A stretch of DNA of 64,000 nucleotides from Lytechinus pictus (taxonomy: Eukaryota), in assembly GCF_037042905.1 (NCBI RefSeq), contig NC_087252.1, positions 13,456,001-13,520,000 on the forward strand, given 5' to 3'. How positions within the stretch are numbered: position 1 is the first letter of the stretch; every line of letters starts with the position of its first letter. The notes below the pieces were generated by a model. The model saw only the letters and a program-made list of their open reading frames with translations, was not told the origin of the DNA and did no database searches. Positions 13,611-25,600 of the stretch are shown piece by piece. Position numbers and translations under genes: made by a program.

Positions 13611-16339
13611 ATGTCTCGTCTGACACTTCTCGATGACGATCTTGATCGTTATCACGACGTTTATTGGAATGGCTTCTCGAAGATTGCCAAGAAAGACGTT
13701 GTTTAGAAGGAAGTCGCTCAACATTTTGACAACATCGTTTTGAAGAAGATGACTGACGTATTCCAAGCAGAAGATCAATTTAATCTTCTAGGTGTCGGTG
13801 TTGGTACAGGCACGTAATATTATTCTGTTTCTACTCGTTTTTCTGGTTCGATTTGAAGAGTTGTACGGGTCTCTGGCTAGGGGCGGATTCCTAATTTATA
13901 AAAGGTGAAGGGGGGGGGGGGGGACTGGGGACCAACCTCCTTTCCGCTCATCGCATGTTTGAGAACATGTATAGCATTGTTTCAACGACACAACCCGAAA
14001 ATTTGAAAGTTGTAATTTTTTTATTTATTGTCTGATGTTGATGACATTTTCCGTGTCTGATTTTACCTCCTTTGTTCCAATCATGATTTTAGCCTCATGT
14101 AACCTTTAATATAGCATTCTAATATTTCATTAACAGGCCACTGTGAGTTTCACTTCTTGAAGCGTCTTGGATCTCACTTCAGATCGACTAAAAATGTAGC
14201 GGTGGAACCCAATGAAAGCTTATTCAAAGTATTTAAAGCCGAGACGCAGGCTTGGAGTTCCGATATAGAATCAAATTGTGAATCGCATTACTTCGTGGGC
14301 CCTCTCACGCAATTCTTTGATGAAAGCCCCCTGGTGGATCGCAAGTACAACTTGATTAGCGCTGTGCATTCGCTGTACTATACCGGCGACTTGGAAGCGA
14401 CCTCCATACGACTGATGTCAATGCTTAAAGATGAATTGGAGTTATAGTTATTGTCTTAGCAGGTAGGTTCGAGAACAACATTAACATGTACATGTATATG
14501 CCGAGAGCAACTATTATAAAAACACCCACTTTCTGAAGGCGAACATGCATTTGAAATATGTAACAGAAAGCACTGAGTCATAGTTATATATTTTTTTTCA
14601 AATTTCAAAAACTGCACAGTATTCATGGTATTAGGCGCTGTTTTAGCAGAAAAGCGTGTTTGTTCCTTTTTAACCCAATATACGATAAGTAAATATGGTC
14701 TAAGTCCTAAAAAATTTTACATTCTGTATATGTATTTAAATATATCTGATGATTATTTCATTTGTAATTCATGTTTATTTCAGTTTGCACTGCAAACAAG
14801 ATGTTTTTAATAAAATCTATAATATTTTTATCCATCTATACAGTGCGTCCCACAAAAAAACGAAACCGAGATTTATCGATGATTTATCATAACTTAATCA
14901 CAAATATAATAGACAAATGACCTACCATTGTAAAGCTTAGAGTCTCCTCTTTCATCTGAAATTACTTAGATTATTTTTCATTCACGCATGGGTGAGCAAA
15001 AACAATTTGAAGAGGGGATACCAAAAAGTCTTTTGGCGGGCTGTATCTGGGTATCAAAAAGAAAACCACATTTTTAAAAAGTTCAATATCTGCTCTTTAA
15101 TTTGATACCTCAATTACAGAAAATGGTCAAGGAATAACTAAGTTCTGGTTATTTGAAATAAGGCTTGAATTTCAATAATTTCATAAAATTAAGAGGTTCT
15201 ACAGGCTAGCGTTCAAACTCACTCGACACTCCGTTTTGTTGACGATCAGCCATGCATTACATCTTTTGTTAACCATGCGATAGCTTCTGTGGGAAACCGG
15301 TGAAAACACGTTTATTTAATGAAATTATGGAAATACAAGCATTGTTTCAAGGGATCATACCTTTTTTACTTCTTGACCATTTTTTGTGATTAAGGTATCA
15401 AATAAAAGAGCAGATATTGAACTTTTTAGGCATGTGATTTTCTTTTTGAAATTCAGATACCCCCCGCCAAATGAGTTTTTGGTATCTTTTCTTCAAATTG
15501 TTTTTGCTCACTCATGCGTGAATGGGGAATAATCTAAGTATTATCAGATGAAAGAGGAGATTCTAAGCTTTACATTTGTAGGTCACTTGTCTATTGTATC
15601 TGTGATTAAGTTATGATAAATCATCGCTAAATCTCGGTTTCGTTTATTCTTGGACGCACTGTATGTGTTAGAATAAACGTATTGGTGTCTTCCCTAATGT
15701 GATTGACAAGTGAAAACAACGTGTTCTCATGACCTCAAGATGAGCTTGTTTTGAGCGAGAGAGAGTGGCTAAATAGGAAGCCATTAATAAAATTTGGAGA
15801 TACGTGAGATAACGACAAAACAAACAAGAAATAATATAAAAACAACAACAAAACAACAAAAATAACATCAAACACAACACAAGCACCATCAGCAACACGT
15901 CTGATACTACGATCGACCTCTTTCCACAATCAATCACTGCTTAAAGTTCTTTTTTATTTGCCACTCTTTGTTTTTCTTGTTAAAAGGACCGAACTTGATC
16001 TATCGAACGCACCACAAGAATCCCTAGTTACCAGCATTCGACCGCTTTTCTGCCATACCAGAAAGTCTTAAAGTCGTTCAGCTGGCCGAAAGAGAAGGAT
16101 ACAAAGTGACCGAATTCCAACTGAATACCAAGTGGGATGTCACTGCTTTATTTGTGGAGAAATCGGAGTTGGGGGACAAACTTGCCGACTTCTTGACCAA
16201 GACGGCTTATTTTCGTAAAACGGCACCGGCAGGAAAGGTTGAAGAATTCATGAGGTTTTGGCGAGAGTCCTGTTCAGAAGGTGAAAATGGACGTCTCCAA
16301 ACAGAAATCGAGGAGAAGCTTTTCTTCATCACTAAGTAG
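13611..16339 (+). pseudogene. Histamine N-methyltransferase-like pseudogene (unit 1)
   Basis: Exons 13611-13809, 14137-14462 and 15987-16339. TAG at 13704-13706 (TTG in paralog), +2 frameshift near 14430-14447, TAG at 16025-16027 (TGG in paralog). Confidence 0.88.
14841..15661. mobile_element. Tc1/mariner-type palindromic MITE (family A)
   Basis: Same termini, TA TSD and internal sequence as 4529-5347. Confidence 0.88.
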
Positions 16340-16555
16340 GTGGTGTTTTTACCACATCGTTAAAACTAGATTCTTAAATGACTGAACATGTAACATACTT
16401 GTGTCGTACTTTCAACTGGCAAATTTATCTCAATCACATCAGGAGTTAATTGGATAAGGAGTACATTATGGCATAATGTTGTTAGCGAACATGTGCTCTC
16501 GAGGCTTGACTACGGTGGATGCTTAATTGGGGTGTCGAATCTAGGAAGACTTCGT

Positions 16556-16907
16556 TAACAACAATACCTTCTTACATTATTTTCTCCGCTAATCAACAAC
16601 ATACTCTCTTCGTCCTTAATCTGCTCCTTCCAATAACATTCCTTAATCCAGAAAACTGGCCGGCTTCCATTCTTTTCAATCTCCTGCCCCCTGTCTTCTG
16701 AACAAACTCCCTCCATCTTCCCGAAACATCTCTTCTCTTGACCTCTTCAAAAACATCTTAAATCACACGTCTTGTATATAGCTGTAAACCTTAGCCTGTC
16801 TTATGCCTTTAACAGCGCTTTGTATTATCTTGAAAATGCGCTCTATAAATCCAAATTATTATTATCATTATTATTATTATTTTGAATATCATTATTATTA
16901 TTATTAT
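16556..16907 (+). mobile_element. L2-like LINE 3' end
   Basis: Degenerate NKLP..RNISSLDLFK peptide, followed by acagcgctttg...gcgctctataaat and an (ATT)n tail; absent after the unit 2 gene. Confidence 0.6.
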
Positions 16908-17657
16908 GTAAATGGCAAGTCCATCCCAACAAAAAGCTGATTTAAATGAAAAGATAAAAATCAAACAAGCAAGAACGCTGAAAATTTCATCAAAATCGGG
17001 TGTAAAATAAGAAGATTATGACATTTCAAAGTTTTGATTAATTGCACAAAACAGAAATGAAATTTTTCATGAAACAACAATGGCTCCCCATCCACGATTG
17101 CATGAATTATTTCAATCAATTGTGTTTCATCGGAACGTTATCGTATTGTGTTTTACTTGCAATTAACTCTCATTGTTTCAACACTACTAAGAAAAATCGG
17201 TTAAACTTTGCACCTTTAAAAGGTGCATGACACGACGTCACACTGGGAGCACCTTTAAGGTGCAACTTAGTACCTTTTCGGAAATGTGCAACTTTGCACC
17301 TCTGCGAAAGGTGCAAAGTTACACATATAAGGTGTAGAATTGCACCCCAAAGGTTCTTATTTGCACCTTCAAGGGAAGTACATGTACAAAGTTGTACCGT
17401 TCCAAAAAGATACAAGGTTCCACCGTAAAGGTGCTCCCAGTGTGACATCTAGTCTGCACCTTTAAAGATTGAACCTATTAAGACGGCCAAGGATCCAACT
17501 TGCCTCGCCAGTTTTCCTATTAGGATGCCACCGTGCCTAGCTGGCCGTCCAAATTCATCTGTTTGGCCAAATTTTCAGGTGGTTACGGAATTCTTTTGTA
17601 ATGCACATAATCAGAGTCAGTGATTTCTAACTCTAACTCCAATTCCGTAATTATTAA

Positions 17658-18239
17658 AGGAAAATTAAACTTTTGGAACAAGAAAGCTTGTGTGAAAACA
17701 GAAAAAAAAACAGATCAACGAAAGTTTCAGAAAAATCGGATAAATAATGAGAAAGTTATGAACATGCGATCATTAATGCTATCGAGATCCTCTAATTTGC
17801 AATGCGATAAAGATGTGTGTTGTTACTTGTGAACAACTCTCCCATTACTTTAGTATATATTTCGTTTAAACTGCCTCTTTTATCACATCTATCAGTAGAT
17901 CATGTATTCTTTCTATACATGCTATAAGAGGACAAGTAATACAGATTTTCAAAGATAAAGAGTTTGTATCACCATAAGAAAGAACAAAAATATACATTTC
18001 TGGGGTATTTCATAGTCCATCAAAGGGAAAGTTGTTCACATGTGACATCACACATCTTTGTGACATCACACATCTTTGTCGCATTGCCAATGGGAAGATC
18101 CCCATAGCATTAGTGATCACCATATTCAAATGCTCATAACTTTCTCATTATTTGTCCGATCTTTCTCAAACTTTTTTTGTTCTCCTTTGATTTTTCTCTT
18201 TCCACACAAGCCCACTTGTTCAAAAGGTTTCATTTTTCT
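17658..18239. mobile_element. Kolobok-type MITE (family C), TTAA TSD
   Basis: TTAA|AGGAAAATTAAAC...GTTTCATTTTTCT|TTAA; long inverted arms; homologous to 38181-38800. Confidence 0.82.
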
Positions 18240-18638
18240 TTAATTGGCACGTAAAGGAATGGTGATTGTGTGTATGAGGAAACACACATATAATTGCAAC
18301 GTTTGGTTCCCTGTAAAGCTCAATGAAACAGTTAATAAAATGATTATCTTTGTCAAATGACCTGATTCCCTAAATAAAACTAAAAAACATGCTTAGACAA
18401 CTTTTCCCCAAAACAGTCATGACAAGCGTAACATGTTAATAATATTTGAATTGTGCAATTTTTGTTAATGCACAGACCCCTCAACACGTACGATTTCAAG
18501 TAGATTGTTTCCAGACGCAGTAAACTCCATACGACATTATTTAGGAGCAATTTCGCTCGTAAAAATTTACTTTTATTGTCATTACGCGTATACAAGACGC
18601 ACACTCTTACACGCGGTGGCGAGCGAAAGGTGCAACTA

Positions 18639-20407
18639 CAGTGCGTCCCAAAAAAAACTATACACTTTTGAAATGGCTGCCAAATAGAAAATGTAGCACT
18701 TGGGGGGAAAAGACTTACATATATGGAAAGCCAATAAATTCAACTTTCAAATGACACCAAAAAGTTGAAAAACTATTCATGCTTGAGCGAGCACTGCCCA
18801 CTGAAACAAAGGGTATGAAAATTAGGGTGGGCTGGAATAAGCCTTCCAAGTAAGTCAGTTTTTGAGAGGCAAATCCTTTCGAACTTGCAAATTTAAGGGC
18901 GTTGTGATAAATTAATGATCAACTGTGACCAGTTTTGGTTACTTAAGCAAATTTTGTGAATTATTAAATTGAACTTTAATGCATGAGTGAACACAAATTA
19001 CACTTTTTGGGCAGCATTTCAACTTTATCATTTGGATCTCTTTTTGGGCAGCATTTCAACTTTATCATGTGGATCTCAGCAAAGGTTTCATGGGAGTCGG
19101 GAGAAAAGGGGTGAGATAGGACTTAAGCGGGAGAAGAAGGTTGATGGAATAAGGGTCGACAGAACATTCAGCCCCTGCCCCCTCCCTCTTTCCCGCCCTC
19201 CCCTCCTGTTGAGAGACTGATGGTTTTTGTCAAGTACGCGTGATGTACTTGTCATGTAAGCAGAATGTTGATTTAATGATTATTTCTGAATTGGGGCATC
19301 AACTTTCTACTATCAATCATTTAATCAACGATTTATCAGTAAATCAACTCATTAAATATGTGCAATGTGATCAATCAAACATTCAGGATTTTTTTCAATA
19401 AATTATTTCTTTAATCATCATAATCATTAAATTTCTTGGTAATCATTCAATAAAAAAACCTGACCATCAGCCACCGGTCACTTGGCAGTTAAGTTTTGAA
19501 TTGAATAGGCTACAATCCAGGAATTGAGAGAGAGAGGGGGGGGGGGGGGCTGGGAAATGGAGATGGAGAGGGGAGGGTACATATGACTTTTAATTTGTAA
19601 AAGGGCAAAAAGTAGAGGAATGCCATTTTAACCAAGTCTTGGCATATCTCGTCCTCTTGCATGTAACAGGTACCATAAAAATAATCTGACTCTCACGAAC
19701 ACACTTCTGAGGTCCACAAGATGAATATGCTACACTAAAATTACAATTCCTGTTCACTCATGAAATTTACCTAATAAACGAAAACTTATCTCACTCATAA
19801 TAGCATAACACCCTTAGCTTTGTAAGTTTCAAAGGAATTACCTCTCAAAAAACTGTAAGGCTAATTCCTTCCCAGCCTAGCCAAGCTTAGTCTCCCAGGA
19901 GGAGAGAAGGGGGGGGGGGGTCGCTAAATGTTCTGTTGACCTTCATCCCATCAACGTACTTCACCTACCTAAGTCATATTACTACCGCTTCTCCTGACTG
20001 TCATGAACAAATTGTTGAGATCCACATGATAAAGACAAAATTCTGCACTAAAATGCAATTCATGATCACTCATGCATTAAATTTCAATTTAATAACACAT
20101 TCAATTTTCACAAACAACAAACTGATCACGTCTGATCTTTAATTCACCAAATAACCATCAACTTTGCAAGTACCAAACAAAAAAACCTGAAAGAAATTGG
20201 AAGTCTAATTCCAGCCCACCCTAATTTTCGTACCCTTTGTTTCAGTGGGCAGTGCTCGCTCAAGCATGAATAGTTTTCCAACTTTTTGGTGTCATTTGAA
20301 AATTGACTTAATTGGCTATCCATATCTATAAGTCTTTTTCCCCAAAGTGCTTTATTTTTTATTTGGCAGCCATTTCAAAAGTGTATAGTTTTTTTTGGGA
20401 CGCGCTG
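18639..20407. mobile_element. Tc1/mariner-type non-autonomous element, ~1.8 kb with ~200-bp TIRs
   Basis: TA|CAGTGCGTCCCAAAAAAAACTATACAC...GTGTATAGTTTTTTTTGGGACGCGCTG|TA; no transposase ORF. Confidence 0.85.
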
Positions 20408-22691
20408 TATACTCGAATACTCGCTCTGCACCTTTTCCCGCAAAGTTGCACCTTTCTTGCACCCCTATTCCTTAGTATAGATATGCAACAAAAGATAACT
20501 TGGTCACCCTAAAAGCTCATACCGAAAATTTTATACACTCTCTAACTTTACTTTGGAATAACTTGCCATTGAAATAAAACAATCACAATCTCTTTCCCTT
20601 TTTAAACGAAAAATGAAAGTTTGTCTTTATTATTCCAATCACTCCGTCTTTTTACTGACGTTTCCTTTAACTGTGAATATAAATCATTGTTATTGATTTT
20701 AGTTGACGGAAAATAAGTACAATGCAATAACTTTGAACATTGAGTTTTATTGTTGCTTGATAAATTATATTGAAATCAATCATTTATGCCTTTCTACTTA
20801 ATCTGCTTTATTCATGATATTATGAGTTCAATAATTATTTATACCAATAATTTTGTATATTTGCACGTGTATTTCATCCGTGTTTATACGTTTTAATCAA
20901 TGTATTTCATGGCGCCACGGGGGACGAGTTTTTTAATATTGCCGAGTATGCTACCCTGGTGATATTGGAGATAATAAAACAACAATATTTCAAACTTCAT
21001 AGGGAAAATTACTTTACCGAATCTCTTTATATAATATGTATTTCATAGTTTATGTCATCGGTTCGTGTCAAGAGCACGATAATCTGATGTTTCAATCACA
21101 CGAACAAACCCAGCTATACCGACCAAAATATATAGCGTTGTTTTATATAACGTTTTTCAGTGACATACAATAGCAGCAGTTTGGTGTCAGTGCATTTAGT
21201 GTGGCTGCGACATAAAAGCTCCTATAAGAACCTCCAAAATAAAGGTTTTAGGGTGTCTGACTAGATTTAAGTATGTTTATATGTTAGTATAATATTACTC
21301 CATCGTAAGGAAAGAAATATACAGCCCGTTTCAATAACACGTTTATACTTTGCAATTGTCCTGACAAGTGAAATACTTATGGAGGTAATTTTTCACATAC
21401 TTTCTTGTGCTTTAGTCTCTTCTATCAGGAGACAGTACGAGTACAGACAACATACGCTTAAGTGAGCATTGTTCGTTTATGTGAAGGTTGTCCAAACTGA
21501 TTTGCGCAAAAACGCCTACTTTTTCGCTGAAGAAGACACTGATTACAATTATATTTCTCATAATGTCTTTGCATTTTAAGTCGATGAGTACATGAGTATA
21601 TTTTGCAACTTGTTTAGACAACTTTGCTACAAAAAGTGATATTGTAACCCTATAGGTAAGCCTGCCGACTTCTAGCTTGTTTAAGGTTGCTGGATCTGAG
21701 GACATGGTCAGCATTTTCTTTCAATATGTTTTGTCCTTTAGATATGTGGATACAGCCTAAGGAATTTACATTTCATACTTCATTTCACAGTTGCATGCCT
21801 ACAGTTTCCCATCAAAGCAGGGGTTCATTTACGTAAAACAGGTGTATCGCGATATACTGGGATAGGGGGGGGGGGGCAAGGAGGCATTTGGGAATGGGGT
21901 ATTCAAGGAGAAAAGTTGATAAAACAAAAAATCATCTTTAAATCAATCTACCTAACCAAAGTGCACGTGCTCTTTATGACTTACTTCCACATTCACCCAT
22001 TTAACCATTTCTAGTTTTTGCGCAAGTCATTCTTTTTTCTTGAACTTTTTAACAAGATATGGTACTTTCTCAAGCGAAAACCTTTTTTTTGGTGACACGA
22101 CATTTGCTCCGGTCAGAGGGCATAGAATTAGTTACGATTGCAATAGAGTTGTTGGTTCAGAATAATGTAAAGATAAGTACCAATATGTCAATGTTGGAGA
22201 AGCTGCAGGAATATTACATTTTAACTTTTCTTGATACGCACTGTATAGGCACGAGAATGCTCCCTATAAAATGTTGGTAATGGCACCGACGCCTGCGTAA
22301 GCCCTCTTAATCATAATTATATATCATAAAAAACGTGAAGTCGGAGGAGGCGTGATCTTTGTGGAATGTTGCCTTGCAAACCCCCCAAAACGGAGGAACA
22401 GGGCTCCGTAACGCACCGATTAGCGATCAATCGTTAAATGAACTGACCAATCAAGATCACTTTTACACGCGCGTTTGGCGCAAAATACTGACCAGGAACC
22501 AATCAGAAGTGTTCTTTCATATTTGCTATTCATCGCTAAAAAAGCGTTGTGTTTCGGGGCCCTGGATTCGAAAAAGGTCGGCGGACTCGGTATAATTTCT
22601 TATAGGCACCAATCTCCATCACAAAGTTCCTCAGACAGGCCCTACATCCGATAGTACTTTCAGTGCTCAGTTATATATTTTGGACGTTGAG

Positions 22692-25600
22692 ATGCTGATC
22701 TCAAGAACTATCACCATTACTATCCTGATGATTGCTCTCGCCATGGCAAAGCCCAGTAAGTATACAGGTTATTTTTCCCAGTCCTGACAATTTTCTTTTG
22801 CTTTGTTCATAATTTTTTTCTAGCTGTCTAATCTCTAGATTAAATAAATACAATGTTAAGAATTGCTGTTATATAATAACTTCGTACGCCCAAGATAAAA
22901 ACGTCGAAAGGTGGACTGAGGCCGGCCTGAAGGCGGCTCGACGTATGTGCTTTATATGCTCACTATCTTTGATTGCCGGGCTGGACTGAGTACACCAAAA
23001 TGGCGGCTTGACCACTTTAACTAGAAATAGGTAGGCCTATAATAGCGAACAATAGTTATTGCTAACGAACAATAGAAAATGTTGCCATGAAAAGACACGT
23101 GTCACTTGAAAAGTCGCCATGGATTTAGGTTTGGTGATTTAGAATTGGTGTTCTGTATACGCACCTAATTGCAGGCTTGAGGCCGGCGTCGGAGGCGGCA
23201 TAAAACCCGACGCATGTGTATCTTGGGCCTTCTTTTTTTCTGAGATAATTGTCAAATAAAAACTAGGGCCTATAAAAATGAAGTAAGGACAGACGGTCCA
23301 ATGACCAATGCACGTCTTTGTTTACAAAATCATTATACAAATCGTGTTGATTCAAAATAAATCACACGAAATATCGTATATTAAATAAAACAATGAATCT
23401 GTATACTCTTTACATATCCAATCATTGTTGCACTAAACCGTTAATGGCTGAGAGAAAACAATGTTTTGTGCCGCATAATTATTAAGTCATGAAAAATGGT
23501 TCGCATTTATTTACTATTTATTTATATTTATTTATTTTGTTTTATTTATTTTATACTGCAGGGTAGGCCTGTTCAGTTCTTAAAACTGCTTTACAAAGGC
23601 GCCCTGCAGTTTAAAATACATGTCAAGATAACTATGAACAACAACAACAACAACAAACAACATCAAAAATACAAAATACAAAATATCTAACATCAGAAAC
23701 AATTAACACCAAAATATAGATTGGGAAGTGACAATTTAAACATACATATAGCATTGTAAATCAATGGAATATCATTTCGCTCTTTATCAATTCGTATGAA
23801 AGGCTTTGCATATTTTTTTAAAAACTAACAAGGAGGTACAAACTTGTAAATTTGAAGGAAGTGCATTAAATAATTTGGGTCCGACATATGCGAAAGATTT
23901 TCTTTTATGTTCAATTCTAGCTTTGTGAAGCTGAAGGGGGCATCGTAAAGAATACCGTGTCCTGTATTTCACGGGCCGTTTACATACTAAAGGTTTTAAA
24001 TAATTTGGAACTAAATCATTCATTATTTTATATACAAGAACACAATACTGATATTTTATACGCTGATCTACTGATTGCCACTTCAGTGACTGCAACAAAG
24101 AAATTTGTGATGTATTATAATCTTTTTTCAAAAGCATTCTGGCATATTTATTTTGAAGTTTTTGTATCTTATCTAAATGTATTTTTGCACTGCTTCCCCA
24201 AGATGTAATACAGTAATCAATGTAAGGTAAAATCATAGAAAAGTACAGCTTCTTCATAATATCAAAGGACAGTAAGTGCTTAATCCGCCTTACACAACCT
24301 ATTGCCCGATATATTTAACAAACGATATTAGTAATATGTTCGCACCAAGTCAAGCCCGTATCGAGCATGACACCTAAGTTTTTAATCTTTTTTACATTTT
24401 CTAATTGTATGTTCCTGAATTTCACTGACAAATGAGCACCCCTCAACTTTTTCTTTTGACCAAATACCATGGCTTTTGTTTTTTGCGGGTGTAAATGCAT
24501 ATTATTTAAGTCTAGCCATTTACTTATTGAATCAAAATCATCTTGCAAATACTTTTGTACCTCCTTAATTGATTCACCGTGATTAAAAATGGCGGTATCA
24601 TCAGCATCAAGAGACATTTTAGAATGTACATGCAATTTCAAATTACACATGTCATTGATAAAAATACAAAATATCAATGGACCCAGTATAGATCCTTGTG
24701 GGACACCTGATTTTATCTTCAAAAATTCACTGCGACAACTGTTAATCATTACAAATTGCCTTCTGTCTGTTAAATACGATTCCATCCAGTTGGCCTACTT
24801 ATAATGTTGCCAATTTATTAGATTCAATTATTGAATTAAAGGCCCTATTCTAAAAAATAAAGACAATCTTATACACTTATCGCACACTTGAAGGAATCGT
24901 GTAATGTCTATCGATTCGTTTTCCCTTCATTTTTCTGTGTTAAAAATCGAATTTTGGCAACACCACTGGACCAATCTCCATTTTGCATGCAGATGATGAT
25001 ATGGACAAATGCAAAGCAGTCATTCTGGACTTAAAAGGTAAGTGTAGGCTAACTGGAAAAAAAATCAATTGAGGGAAAGTCAACATGCTAAGTTGGACGT
25101 AAAGTCTTTAGTAAAGAATTGAAAAATTTGCAAGAACATAACTTTTCACTTTCCTTAAATGAAGATCGAACTGATCAACACTTTGTGTGGCCTCTCATTC
25201 ATGGGACTCCAAGTGTAAAGCGTATGTTGTTACAAAATCAATGATTTGTATCGAAAACACCCTGCAATTCCTTTTTTTTTTACAAAATCAAACGACAGCA
25301 ATTATTTTGTTACAAATTAAACCGACAGTAATGATTTTGTCACAACATTAATCCACGGGAATGATTTTTTTTACAAAATCAATTGGCAGTAATGATTTTG
25401 TTACAAAATCAATTTACAGGAATGATTTTGTAACAAAATCAATTGACAGAAATGATTTTCTTACAATATAAATCTGCTGATTTCCCGCGCAGGCGCTGGC
25501 CTGGAGGCTCAACTATCATGCATGTATATCACAATGTGTGCCATCATGTGGCTGAAAATGGTTTAATGACGCCCCTGATTTCGGGTTTAAAGGGTTAATA

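Larger units (their letters stand above)
17182..20477. mobile_element. Probable older TIR element hosting nested insertions
   Basis: Ends tactaagaaaaa / tattccttagta; clusters of ggtgca/tgcacc at 17205-17465 and 18625-18637/20425-20465; absent in unit 2. Confidence 0.5.

Noticed and set aside
13704..13706. Stop-codon readthrough rescuing HNMT-like copy 1
   Set aside because: A further frameshift and a second TAG make a pseudogene the simpler explanation.
21412..21714. 100-aa minus-strand ORF, with Cys/His-rich alternative frames
   Set aside because: No recognisable domain or splice support; possibly a decayed transposon (a Tc1-like end lies at ~22230-22246), but I cannot support a call.
22585..22685. 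TATA-like motifs upstream of the FReD ATG
   Set aside because: Not distinguishable from AT-rich background without transcription start data.
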